Part shown: positions 1-9,470 of the stretch, one piece after another | How the letters are laid out: each line of letters begins with the position of its first letter | Numbering within the stretch: the first letter of the stretch is position 1 | IMG/VR virus record: IMGVR_UViG_3300020577_007013 | DNA from: a virus | Lineage: Duplodnaviria > Caudoviricetes | Reading direction: 5' to 3' (one strand) | Length of the DNA stretch: 64,000 nucleotides | Translations under genes and position numbers: made by a program | Notes under the pieces: model-generated | What the model saw: only the letters and a program-made list of their open reading frames with translations | What the model was told of the DNA's origin: nothing | Databases searched by the model: none

Positions 1-585
1 GCCAGTTTTCTCTTTAGGAACTTTGGTTTGAAAAGTCGTGACATGGAAATAATAGCCAGAAGCTTTTCGTTCTAGAGTACCATTTGCGAACTCGACACCT
101 TCCGGAATTTGATTAATCCCTAGAATTTTAAAAGGAACATTTACTTTTTCGATTTTGATTCTATCTCCATTAAAATGGATTTTTGTAAATTCGACACTGT
201 CTATTTGAGGCTTAAATTTGAGTCTTCCTACTTTAAAATTCTTTTTCTTGAGAGTGGAGAGAGCTTTAATGGCTTCTTGAATTCTTTTTCTCAGTTCTCT
301 TTTCATTGAGAATGAAAGAAATTTGAAGACCCTTTTCTCAAATTTGTCTAAGACTTTGACTCGAACTTCTTTCATGTCCTTGAGTTTCGGTCCGTTGAAA
401 GGATCATTTAAGGAAATGATGTAATTGTAGAACCATTTTGCTTCTACGAAGATCATTTTAAGGTACTCTTTTTGCTCTCGATTCAAATGGCTCTCGTCAA
501 TCTTGAGTTTGTAGACTTTGCAGTCTTGCCCTTTTCTTCGTTCTTTAGTCTTCTTAAGTGATTCACTGATCTTAGAATTTTTAAT
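1..585 (-). mobile_element. tnpB: TnpB-family RNA-guided endonuclease, N-terminal part (runs off the window start); not in ORF track
   Basis: Manual translation of the open minus frame 594->1: IKNSKISESLKKTKERRKGQDCKVYKLKIDESHLNREQKEYLKMIFVEAKWFYNYII...KVGRLKFK...GYYFHVTTF...KEKTG. This resembles IS607-type TnpB N-termini and ends just before the expected RuvC-I motif. Probable start ATT at 585; first ATG at 456. Confidence 0.75.
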
Positions 586-647
586 ATTGATTAGTTATAA
601 AACTAAAATATTGTCTTGTATAGCTTCTCTATTGACTTATGATAATT

Positions 648-673
648 AAAAGGCCTTCGAGTGAAGGCCTTTT
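648..673. terminator. Intrinsic terminator, potentially bidirectional
   Basis: AAAAGGCCTTC-gagt-GAAGGCCTTTT perfect hairpin with A/T tracts on both sides, downstream of the 729-1163 ORF. Confidence 0.8.
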
Positions 674-728
674 ATCGGAAGTCTATTTTCCTTTTTTAGT
701 GCCCTTTTTTGAGCCTTTCTTATCCTCT

Positions 729-1136
729 TTAGCTTTTGCCATTTTCGGTTTCCTCCTGATTTAAGATTTGATTTGTGACATCTACTCTGTCTTTTAATTT
801 CGATGTAGATATATTTAGTTCGTCTGAAATCGTTTTTACTTTTTGTCTTAATTGTTCATTGTCTAAATTTGACTTCATTCCTTCTCTTAGTCCTCTATAG
901 TAAGAGACTTCTTGACAGACAGCTGTCACTTGAGTAAGAATATTGTTGTAAGGATTATTGTCATCCTTCAGCATAAGATCAATTATTTTAGAGTACATTT
1001 CCCAAAAGTTCTTTTCATTAGGATCTTTGATGTCTTCTATGACAAGAAGAATGTTCAGTTGAACCTTAGAAAGATAGTCTGACTGGAATTTTCTGACCTC
1101 TTCTTTTATTTCTTCGAAGACTTTTGTTGTGTCCAT
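729..1136 (-). CDS. Hypothetical protein
   Basis: ORF 729-1163; second Met (MDTTKV, 1136) follows GAGAAGAA and reduces the overlap with the upstream gene. Confidence 0.6.
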   Translation of the reverse strand: MDTTKVFEEIKEEVRKFQSDYLSKVQLNILLVIEDIKDPNEKNFWEMYSKIIDLMLKDDNNPYNNILTQVTAVCQEVSYYRGLREGMKSNLDNEQLRQKVKTISDELNISTSKLKDRVDVTNQILNQEETENGKS

Positions 1137-1495
1137 TTCTTCCCTCTTCTCACTGCCATCCAATGCCTTATTTTAGGATGTTGCTTGAATGCTCTGATTG
1201 GATGTATGATGGGAAAAATGGTCCAATAAATTTTCCCTATGATAGGATTGAATTTTACGAGATTTGTTGAGAATCTGTCAAGAAAAGAAAATAGAATTCC
1301 TCCTTCATAGAATTCTTTCGACTTTATAGGAGTCTCAATCCAAGCCCATTTCTTTTTGAGCATGAAATTTAGATCCTTAAAAGGAATTTGCCTTACTGAA
1401 ATTGTGACGAAGTTTCCTTCAGGTCTTTGAGTATAGTATTTGTCTACTGTAATTACGAGATCAGATTTCTTTTTGAGGATTTCATACTTATCCAC
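1106..1495 (-). CDS. Hypothetical protein
   Basis: 129-aa ORF with a GTG start 7 nt downstream of a TATTATA motif. Confidence 0.6.
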   Translation of the reverse strand: MDKYEILKKKSDLVITVDKYYTQRPEGNFVTISVRQIPFKDLNFMLKKKWAWIETPIKSKEFYEGGILFSFLDRFSTNLVKFNPIIGKIYWTIFPIIHPIRAFKQHPKIRHWMAVRRGKKWTQQKSSKK

Positions 1496-1511
1496 GACTA
1501 TTTATAATAGC

Positions 1512-3383
1512 TTATGAGATCTCAAGCTTTTTTATTGAGTGAGAACTTACAGCATAAATTCCCGTCTTCTCTGAAAAGAGATAAGTGTTAGAGTCTACGA
1601 ATGGCTCTGTATCTGGAAACTCTTTAGAAGGAACAAGTGTTCCAGCACTATCTTCTATTCTAGAGATACCATTTTCTGAAGAACTGAAGAGAGTCTTTCC
1701 AATAGCAAGTTTTCCTTTTATAGAAGAGAGCCAAGTATTCTCAGACTGCTTCGCTTCAGCAGAAGATAAGATATTTCCGAATTGGTCTATGAGATAAGCC
1801 TTATTGATGATGTCTGCACCAATTTGAGTTGAGAGAAATACCCATGCTTTGTCTTTATTGAAGTAGACATTGGAATCGATTAACTTTCCTTCTATTCTAA
1901 TTTTACAAGAGTCATTGAGAGATTTTTTATTGAGTCCAAATGTGAAACACTGGCTGTATGCTGAGGCTAAGTAAAATCCAAAACCGAACTCTTCACCAAC
2001 CCAAAATGCGGTATTGGAAGCTATGACTTCTCCTAGAAGAATAGGAATGTCGTCTTGTTTGTATATGTTTCCATTCTGAATGTAAAAGACTCCTGAAGAG
2101 TTGCAATCAAACATAGGAGTTCTTTGGAATACATCACAATGATATTTTACATGAGTTCCTTTGTCGAAGATGATAAATGAATCTCCGAATCCAATGAGAG
2201 TCCTTTCCTTTTGAATTCTGAATTTGAGTCCAGACATTAGAGGAATCTGATTTATCTCATAGCCAGTTTCTCTATAAAATTTGTCATCTCTCCATAAAAG
2301 ATATTGAAGAGCTCCACCGTATTCATTTGCATAGACGATTTTATGGGATCGATTCTTTGACTTGAAGATTTCAGTACTTTTCACTGTTCCTCTTATTTGA
2401 ACCGTTGTGACTACATTTTTATTTTGAGCTTGACATTCAGGACAGATACTTCTACAATGAGAAACTCCGCAATTGGTACAAGTACTCCATCTGAGATTAT
2501 TGAGAAGCTTAAGAGGGAATTCTTCTCGTTTCTTTTTCTCAAATACATTCTCGAAATATCCTAAAGTCTCGTCAGAAAGATACTTTAGAGGAAGAGCTGC
2601 TTTCGGATATTTGACTTCTGAATTGAAAACACTCACTGAATGTAAAGCCCTAGCTTCATGTGGAATTCTTTTCTTAGGATCTTGAGGTTGATAGATTCCT
2701 CCATAGGGATGGACATAGAGAAGAGATTGAAATAGCATTACATTGAATGCATACCAATCAGAAAGACTTGTATGGGGATTTGATAGAGAGAGAACTGTTA
2801 ACCCTTGATTGCAGAGTAATGGATCGACAAAACGAGTGGTGAAGACTTTCGTAAAGAACTGTCCAAATTGAAAACTATCAGAGTCGATTACGAAGACATT
2901 ATTCTTTCTTCTCTTATCGTCGATGATCAGAATATTAAGATCATTGAAGTCTCCTATGACTACTCCGGTCTTGTGAACTAAAGAGACTGTTTCCCTCAAC
3001 TCCTTGAAAATGTCTGTAATGACGTTTCCGTCTTCATTAAGCTTCTCTCTAAAAGTTTTCTCTCCATATTTTTTCAGTACCTCACCTTTGTCAATGAACT
3101 TCATTGTGTAACCGATCACATAGTTTTTCTTGACAATGAGATCAATAGGAGCTATGACATTTTGAGGAAGTCCAGAAGGAAACATTTTGAGTTTATTCTG
3201 GTACTCTACTAGCTTTTGATTGGCTTGATCTTTCTCTTGTTTGTTTAGCCAGTCAGGATGAGTCCCGTCTTTAAAGATCTTAGCGACTTTTCCGTTGTCT
3301 ATCTTGTAGACTTCAGCTTCCCCACCTTTGCCTAGAAATGTCTTATTATTGAGAGTAAGGGATGTTACATCGATCTGATTCAT
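1512..3383 (-). CDS. Ser/Thr protein kinase with Zn ribbon and beta-rich C-terminal domain (TerY-P-type kinase)
   Basis: LGKGGEAEVY glycine loop, VAKIF lysine, VIGDFNDLNIL catalytic loop, IDSDS, CTNC..HC..CPEC. Confidence 0.9.
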   Translation of the reverse strand: MNQIDVTSLTLNNKTFLGKGGEAEVYKIDNGKVAKIFKDGTHPDWLNKQEKDQANQKLVEYQNKLKMFPSGLPQNVIAPIDLIVKKNYVIGYTMKFIDKGEVLKKYGEKTFREKLNEDGNVITDIFKELRETVSLVHKTGVVIGDFNDLNILIIDDKRRKNNVFVIDSDSFQFGQFFTKVFTTRFVDPLLCNQGLTVLSLSNPHTSLSDWYAFNVMLFQSLLYVHPYGGIYQPQDPKKRIPHEARALHSVSVFNSEVKYPKAALPLKYLSDETLGYFENVFEKKKREEFPLKLLNNLRWSTCTNCGVSHCRSICPECQAQNKNVVTTVQIRGTVKSTEIFKSKNRSHKIVYANEYGGALQYLLWRDDKFYRETGYEINQIPLMSGLKFRIQKERTLIGFGDSFIIFDKGTHVKYHCDVFQRTPMFDCNSSGVFYIQNGNIYKQDDIPILLGEVIASNTAFWVGEEFGFGFYLASAYSQCFTFGLNKKSLNDSCKIRIEGKLIDSNVYFNKDKAWVFLSTQIGADIINKAYLIDQFGNILSSAEAKQSENTWLSSIKGKLAIGKTLFSSSENGISRIEDSAGTLVPSKEFPDTEPFVDSNTYLFSEKTGIYAVSSHSIKKLEIS

Positions 3384-3943
3384 TTTCCAATGAGCTCTAC
3401 AATTTTAAAGTATTGCTCACAGAATTTTGTTTCGAGAAATTTTTCGAATGGGAATTTTTTCAAGAAAAGACTTAAGTCTTCGTCTGAGACATACTGATAG
3501 TTTTTCATAAAATTATTAGAGTCGAATGTCTGACCTGTTATCTGTTCCCCTCTTTCATTCGAAGTAATTGCAGACTCCAACGCTAATCTGATCATTCCTC
3601 TCCCATGAATAAAATCGACGAATAGAATATGTATTGTCCTTGATGGAATGTAGAGTACCACTGAAAAGTTTTCTCCTGAATTGAAAGGACCATGAGCTTC
3701 TTTAAATGATGAGATCGACGATGACAAATTCACTTTGTCTCCAGTTGTAGCTAGAATTATTTCGGAGACAAGCTCCGAGACTTGTCCTTGTTGACATCCA
3801 TAGGAATTGTTCTTGAACAGTTCTTTTAGTTTCTCATATTTTTTGTCAGTCGACTTATCAATAACATGATACTTTTCTCTCGCTTCCTTCGTGGTCTCTG
3901 AAATAAGCTTTTTCAAGTAATCGACTTTTGCTTTCTTTGTCAT
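3380..3943 (-). CDS. Hypothetical protein
   Basis: 187-aa ORF, ATGA-coupled to both neighbours. Confidence 0.7.
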   Translation of the reverse strand: MTKKAKVDYLKKLISETTKEAREKYHVIDKSTDKKYEKLKELFKNNSYGCQQGQVSELVSEIILATTGDKVNLSSSISSFKEAHGPFNSGENFSVVLYIPSRTIHILFVDFIHGRGMIRLALESAITSNERGEQITGQTFDSNNFMKNYQYVSDEDLSLFLKKFPFEKFLETKFCEQYFKIVELIGK

Positions 3944-4731
3944 ATTTTCCTCACCAAAATTAATGTTGTGTCATCTTTAAGAAATGGAGGTGTAATCTTG
4001 AATTCTCTCTTATCAAAGTCCACTATCCTTTCTTCTTTATTTCTTTTCTGCAAGAACCTTTGGACTGCTTTAGGATTCTTAATGTAGAGATCGTCGTTGA
4101 GAAGTTCATGGATATGGGGATTTGGAAGATCTTCGATACCATCTGTAGAGATAATCAGACTCTTGAAATTGTTAAGTGAGTATGACTGGAATCTGATGCT
4201 CCTAGATTGTTGGTCGGGAAGTTCTCTTGGATAAAGTTTATAAGCGAGATAGTCAGGAGCATTCTTATGAAATTGGATTATATTGGTGGTGATTACCTCT
4301 CCGTCAAATCGATAGTATCCGTCTCCATAATGGAAGACAGTTAGAAATTCTTTCGTAAGAATAAATCCCATCATTGTGCAGAGTAGATAATCTTTCCCTA
4401 CATTATAGTCTGTCATCTTAAGCTTCTCAGCAAAGACAGACAACTGATCGAGAGTATTTTTCTCAAGAGACTGAAAGATAGAGCCAAGATTTTCTCTTGT
4501 TATAGCTTCAACTCCAAAATCAAAGATAAACTGATTGAAAGAGTTTTCCACCATTTTAGAGAGAAGTATTGATCCGAATTGAGAGTTAGCTGAAGAGCCA
4601 CAACCGTCAGAAACGAATCCTATTGCTAGGTCGTCTCTGTTAATAAGAAAACCGAAGTCTTGATTCGGCTTTCCTACTAGGTTGTGATTGCTTCCAGTTA
4701 CGGAACCTGATTGAATGAAGTATCCTTTCAA
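3940..4731 (-). CDS. PP2C-family protein phosphatase
   Basis: GSVTGSNH..NQD, VSDGCGS, YGDG, STDG and DDTT motifs. Confidence 0.9.
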   Translation of the reverse strand: MKGYFIQSGSVTGSNHNLVGKPNQDFGFLINRDDLAIGFVSDGCGSSANSQFGSILLSKMVENSFNQFIFDFGVEAITRENLGSIFQSLEKNTLDQLSVFAEKLKMTDYNVGKDYLLCTMMGFILTKEFLTVFHYGDGYYRFDGEVITTNIIQFHKNAPDYLAYKLYPRELPDQQSRSIRFQSYSLNNFKSLIISTDGIEDLPNPHIHELLNDDLYIKNPKAVQRFLQKRNKEERIVDFDKREFKITPPFLKDDTTLILVRKI

Positions 4732-5513
4732 CTTCCGAATCCACCCAATGCAGCTTGACTGAAAGCAGCAGAGTTCTGACTGACTTTTGTCACTGACTGT
4801 GAAAAGACTTGGAATGCCTTTCGTATTTCAGATTCTGAATTTCCAGGAGTAAGAATCCACTGATCTGGAATTCCCATTGCCTTGAAGACTTTCTTGAAAT
4901 TTGTATGACCGTCTTGAATTCCCATTGCAGCAACGATGTGATTCTCTCTTCGAACCATATCGTCGACGATGACTTTGACTTTGTCTGCTGTCATCTTAGT
5001 TGAATGCTGATCATCACCATCTGTAATGATGAGAGTAACTGAACGAACAGGAGTTCCAGCATTGGCAAATTCTTGAGTCTTAGCAAGAACTGAACCGAGA
5101 ATGACTGCTGTCATATCATAGAGAGGAGTCCCACCATTCGCTTGATAGTTCTTCATATCCATTTTAGGTGCTTGTGTTATGAGCACGTATGGAGTGAGAA
5201 GAGTACCATTGAGATATCTGTCCTGAACAAGAATATTGTCTTCTTGTTTCGATTTGAGAAGGGATTCCAACACAAGATTGTGTCCGTCTCTTACAATCTG
5301 CTCATTGCCTGCCATGTTGATGGATCCTGAATCGTCTGTCAAGATAGACAGAAGAATTACTTCAGATGCAGGAACATCATCAGCATTGACTCCCAACCCT
5401 TGTTGGATTTGGATTCCCATATCAGGAATGTTGAGCACTTGTCCTGATTGTGCTCCCATATTGCCAGCTCCGATAGCTTGGCTAAATAAATTTTGTACGT
5501 TTTGTGAACTCAT
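4728..5513 (-). CDS. vWA domain protein (TerY-like)
   Basis: MIDAS DDSGSI, GGTPLYD, IITDGDD. Confidence 0.85.
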   Translation of the reverse strand: MSSQNVQNLFSQAIGAGNMGAQSGQVLNIPDMGIQIQQGLGVNADDVPASEVILLSILTDDSGSINMAGNEQIVRDGHNLVLESLLKSKQEDNILVQDRYLNGTLLTPYVLITQAPKMDMKNYQANGGTPLYDMTAVILGSVLAKTQEFANAGTPVRSVTLIITDGDDQHSTKMTADKVKVIVDDMVRRENHIVAAMGIQDGHTNFKKVFKAMGIPDQWILTPGNSESEIRKAFQVFSQSVTKVSQNSAAFSQAALGGFGS

Positions 5514-5704
5514 TTTATTTTCTCCTTTTCTTTCGGCATCATTACCGATTCTAATATTGACTTTGCAAAATCGACTAAACTTTTTTCCGGAGAGTCTACT
5601 TTTAAAAACTCAAAAACAGACTGCAAATGTTTAGGCTCCGGAATAATAGTAATAGTCTTTTTTTCATAGTCAATTTCTAAATTGACTGTAGATCTCTCGA
5701 TCAT
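5510..5704 (-). CDS. Small hypothetical protein
   Basis: 64-aa ORF, ATGA-coupled on both sides. Confidence 0.6.
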   Translation of the reverse strand: MIERSTVNLEIDYEKKTITIIPEPKHLQSVFEFLKVDSPEKSLVDFAKSILESVMMPKEKEKIK

Positions 5705-6714
5705 TGGAGAATTTGGTCCATTGTCATATTTGACGTCACCAATTTCATGCCTGCTGCTTCAAACTTCTTTAAAGCTTTTTGTGCTTCATCTGTGAAGTCC
5801 ACTACTCCTGGAACTACAACAGATGACATACAGTCTTCAAGAATGTGAACTTTCTTGGCAAGACTCGGATCCTTGACAAGAATTTCTGAGAGAAGATCAT
5901 CGATGGAACTTTTCACACAATGACTTGCAGCTTGACCGGCAATGATCATCGCATCAGCTTCGCAAAGTTTCTCAATGAACTTGACATTCTTTTGAGTGAG
6001 AGGCTGACCATCATGTCGTGATAGAACTTCAGGACTGAAGACAGAGTAGTTCTCTGTAAGTGGATGACCACCCTTGACTTCAGAGTGAGACTCACTTCCT
6101 CTGACAAATGAGTGGAACATTCTTGCTTCTTGAATGATCCCGACAAGTGGATGTCCGTCTCCACCTAGTAGACAATGAGGTGGCCAGAGATAGAGTTGAT
6201 ACTTTCCATTTTTCTCAAGCTGTTCGCAGTAGTGTATGCACTGACTGACAAGCCAACTGTAATTCGAGTTGCATAACCATGGGACAACTGAAGCATTAGG
6301 TTTGTATTTTCCTGACTTGACATCTGCACTTGATATTACCGTATGAGCTTTGAGCGGTTGATCATTTACATCAAGCCAGAACCATGGAAAGAAAATCTGA
6401 TAGGAAAGATGGGTATCGAGAGTTGTGGTGATATTTGTGAGTCGATCTACATTGTTATAGATGAACTGAGCAATTTTCTTGGAGTCTTCAACTGCTCCTG
6501 TTCCTGTTCGTCCACCTACATAGAGAGTTCCTTCAGGAAAGCAGAAGTCTTTTTGTACATCGATTAGAAGGAGATGTACCTTTTCCTTGTCCGATCCCAT
6601 TGAAGGAATTTTATTGGCTTTCTTAAAATCGAAAGCTTCATCAGCTACCTTTTGAATGTCAGGGTTGTAACCCCATTTACAGTTCTTTTCATCGTAAAAT
6701 TTTGGTTTATTCAT
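5701..6714 (-). CDS. pncA: Nicotinamidase / isochorismatase-family cysteine hydrolase
   Basis: LLIDVQKDFC, TLDTH, WPPHC, KG...ENYS, GQAASHCV catalytic Cys. Confidence 0.85.
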   Translation of the reverse strand: MNKPKFYDEKNCKWGYNPDIQKVADEAFDFKKANKIPSMGSDKEKVHLLLIDVQKDFCFPEGTLYVGGRTGTGAVEDSKKIAQFIYNNVDRLTNITTTLDTHLSYQIFFPWFWLDVNDQPLKAHTVISSADVKSGKYKPNASVVPWLCNSNYSWLVSQCIHYCEQLEKNGKYQLYLWPPHCLLGGDGHPLVGIIQEARMFHSFVRGSESHSEVKGGHPLTENYSVFSPEVLSRHDGQPLTQKNVKFIEKLCEADAMIIAGQAASHCVKSSIDDLLSEILVKDPSLAKKVHILEDCMSSVVVPGVVDFTDEAQKALKKFEAAGMKLVTSNMTMDQILQ

Positions 6715-6766
6715 GAATTAGGTATATTACCTATTTCGAGATTCTGTCCTACGAAAACTAATTTTT

Positions 6767-7060
6767 ATGGAACGTTACAAGAGTTTTTTCGAATCTCAAG
6801 AGCCTAAAATTGTGAAGGTAGATACTGCACAATTCAATGAGATTAAAGATGCTTTTGATGAGTCCATGAATGTTTATTCGATCAATGGAAGAGACTCATT
6901 TTATTTAGCTTTCTCTAAAGACCTTTCCCAATCCAATGTAGTTCATGTTTTCGAATATATCGAAAATCTCGGTTTTGACTATTTCAAGGAATTGACTGAA
7001 GATGAAAAAAGTGGCTTAGGAATTAAAGGTCATACAATTATTGAAGTAATTCCTAATTGA
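6767..7060 (+). CDS. Hypothetical protein, possibly late/virion-associated
   Basis: One of three real plus-strand genes; ACTAA-N5-ATG upstream; N-terminus MERYKSFFES. Confidence 0.65.
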   Translation: MERYKSFFESQEPKIVKVDTAQFNEIKDAFDESMNVYSINGRDSFYLAFSKDLSQSNVVHVFEYIENLGFDYFKELTEDEKSGLGIKGHTIIEVIPN

Positions 7061-8186
7061 AGATTTTCATAGACTTTAGAACAAACTCAGTTCCTTTAAT
7101 CGGATCCATTTCCAATCTTTTTGAAAAGTCTCTATGAGTATCGTCTTCCTTTATTGGAAGTACCCAAATATTGTCAACGAATTTTGAAAGTTTCCAGATC
7201 ATAGAATAACTCGCAACGTCATGATTAGGAATTATAATTTTCTTCTTCTTGAATTTAGCTAACTCTTTTTGTTGAGAGTCATTCTTACTTCCTGCAGTTC
7301 CGAAAAGACAAGTACTGTTTTTACTGAATCGATATAGTTTAGGAAGAGAGCCTGTTCCTTCACTTATATAAAGATCACTGTCAAGATCAAGTTCCTCTCT
7401 ATTAAAGAGAGTCTCTTTCTGATCTGAATTTCCTGGATAGAGAACCTTTGGTTTGAGTAAATAGAGTAGTTTGTCATTTTCAATTTTCTCTCCATTCTGA
7501 TAGAGAATTCCTTTCTTATAGACTATCATTTTATTGGAGCAATGCTTTTTGAGCTCGTCTTTGAGACTATCGAGAACTTCAGGAAATTCCACTCTATCAG
7601 ATGAATGAAAGAAATCAAAAAGATAGTTGATCTCTTTAAGTCTTCTTGCTTCAAATGTCTGAATCTTTTTCTCTTTATCAATAATAGGAATTATGAGAAA
7701 GTCTTTAAACCAACCACTTTTACATTCTTTGATTTTGAATTTATCTAGAAAGTCTTTATCGAACTCTCTTTGTCTTGTATACAAATATTTCGAAGGATCA
7801 AAGTCCACAAGATCAAGATCTTCCAATTTGAAGGATTCGTTTTTGATCTTGGAGAGTTTCTCAATGAGATCTTCTCTAAGTCTCTTTCTTCTATTTCCGA
7901 GAGACTCTACAAACTTGTCTTCCTTCTCCACTCCTAAAAATTCTAGAGCTTCTGAGTATGAGAGACCCCTTAAGTCCATCACCATTCTCGTGAGATTCTT
8001 TCCTGGAACTTTGCAAGAAAAACAAGAGAAAGCTCCTGTCTTTACATTGACTCCTGAATTTATCAGATCTGTGGAGTGATAGGGACAAAGACAAGGAAGC
8101 CATCCATTCCTAGAACGACCTTCATTTTTGACCCCTAATCTATTTAGAGTTGAAAGTACAAGTGACTCATTGATTTGAATCCCCAT
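7053..8186 (-). CDS. dnaG: DNA primase (CHC2 zinc finger + TOPRIM)
   Basis: CPYH...CFSC zinc finger, LIIPI..FEARR, KVLYP, YISEG TOPRIM glutamate. Confidence 0.8.
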   Translation of the reverse strand: MGIQINESLVLSTLNRLGVKNEGRSRNGWLPCLCPYHSTDLINSGVNVKTGAFSCFSCKVPGKNLTRMVMDLRGLSYSEALEFLGVEKEDKFVESLGNRRKRLREDLIEKLSKIKNESFKLEDLDLVDFDPSKYLYTRQREFDKDFLDKFKIKECKSGWFKDFLIIPIIDKEKKIQTFEARRLKEINYLFDFFHSSDRVEFPEVLDSLKDELKKHCSNKMIVYKKGILYQNGEKIENDKLLYLLKPKVLYPGNSDQKETLFNREELDLDSDLYISEGTGSLPKLYRFSKNSTCLFGTAGSKNDSQQKELAKFKKKKIIIPNHDVASYSMIWKLSKFVDNIWVLPIKEDDTHRDFSKRLEMDPIKGTEFVLKSMKIFN

Positions 8187-8514
8187 TTTCTTTTCCTTTT
8201 CTAAATTTTAATTCAGTAACAAACTCGTAGAAGTCTGAAGTATTGAATCCTTTGTCTTTGAAAAATTCATCCAACATATCTTCGATACTTTTCATTTTCG
8301 ATTCAGAAGCTTCAGTCTTCTCAGAAAGATCTTTCATTTCTGTGTAAGCAGTAATAAGCTCCTCTTCCATTTCTTGAAGCTTTTCCATAATTATTTTAGA
8401 CTGATCTGAAAGTGTGGAAATAATTTGATCTTTCTCAAAGAGCTGGACCATTAGTGAGTCCATAAACTCTTGTATTTCTTCTTTGGATGCATTATTCATA
8501 AAGTCCGGTGTCAT
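8167..8514 (-). CDS. Hypothetical coiled-coil protein
   Basis: 115-aa acidic heptad-rich ORF within the replication operon. Confidence 0.7.
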   Translation of the reverse strand: MTPDFMNNASKEEIQEFMDSLMVQLFEKDQIISTLSDQSKIIMEKLQEMEEELITAYTEMKDLSEKTEASESKMKSIEDMLDEFFKDKGFNTSDFYEFVTELKFRKGKENGDSNQ

Positions 8515-9455
8515 TTTACTCTCTCCATATATTCGAAAGCACAGTCGACTATGTCTTTCGGAGTTTCTTTTTCTTGAGATTTTAGGAATAGTTTAAAAGT
8601 TGCTTCTAATGAAGCGTCTTTGAAGTCTGATAGACTTTTCGATTGAGACTGAACTGTGCTTTTGGTGACAAAAGAGATTCCTTTATCTCTAATGTGATAT
8701 CCATTATAAAGTTCGTATACAGATTTTTTCGATGGTGCTTCGTAGACATTATAGAGGTTTGCTTTATTTTCAGGGAGCTCACCGTACTTAATATCCACAA
8801 TTTCCATATAAATTGGAAGTGTCTCAGAAGTCCACTCTCCATTCTCAATGACTATTACACGTTTAGTCTCTGACTGTTCCAAATTTCTAGTAGTTTGAGG
8901 CACACCGACCATGACGTTTAAGTGACCTAGCTCATCAGTGAACTCTGAAGAAACATGAATATGGCCGTGTAAGTAAGCCTTAGCTTTACAATTGAGCTGA
9001 ATCCCTTCAGAATTGAATTGATATTTAGGTGGAGTTATGTGAGTGACCACGTAGTCGTATTCATTCACATTCGATTGATATTCCAACATCTCTTTATGAG
9101 AGTATCTGTAAGGCAACATGAGAAATGACTGACCTTCAATTTTAACTTCTGACTGTTGAAAGTAAATCTTCACATTTTCCACTTTTTCTAGTGCCAATAA
9201 AGCCGATCCTTTGATCTGTGAGTACTCATGATTACCATGAACAATATGTATCTCTCCTTCGAACATCTTGCAAAAGAGTAGAAACTCTGTAAAGACTTCC
9301 CATCTAGGAGATGAGGTATCGAAAAGATCTCCAGTAAAGATCAATGTACAGTCATGATATTTTTCTCGAAAATAATTTAGAAGTTTTTTCTGTCCAGTCC
9401 AGTGAGGCTCTGAAGACTTAAGATGGAAGTCGCCGATTACAACGATTCTTTTCAT
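8511..9455 (-). CDS. Metallophosphoesterase nuclease, Mre11/SbcD/T4 gp47-like
   Basis: GDFH, GDLFD, GNHE, VTH, GHIH motifs. Confidence 0.85.
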   Translation of the reverse strand: MKRIVVIGDFHLKSSEPHWTGQKKLLNYFREKYHDCTLIFTGDLFDTSSPRWEVFTEFLLFCKMFEGEIHIVHGNHEYSQIKGSALLALEKVENVKIYFQQSEVKIEGQSFLMLPYRYSHKEMLEYQSNVNEYDYVVTHITPPKYQFNSEGIQLNCKAKAYLHGHIHVSSEFTDELGHLNVMVGVPQTTRNLEQSETKRVIVIENGEWTSETLPIYMEIVDIKYGELPENKANLYNVYEAPSKKSVYELYNGYHIRDKGISFVTKSTVQSQSKSLSDFKDASLEATFKLFLKSQEKETPKDIVDCAFEYMERVK

Positions 9456-9470
9456 TATGCTAGCTTAGTT

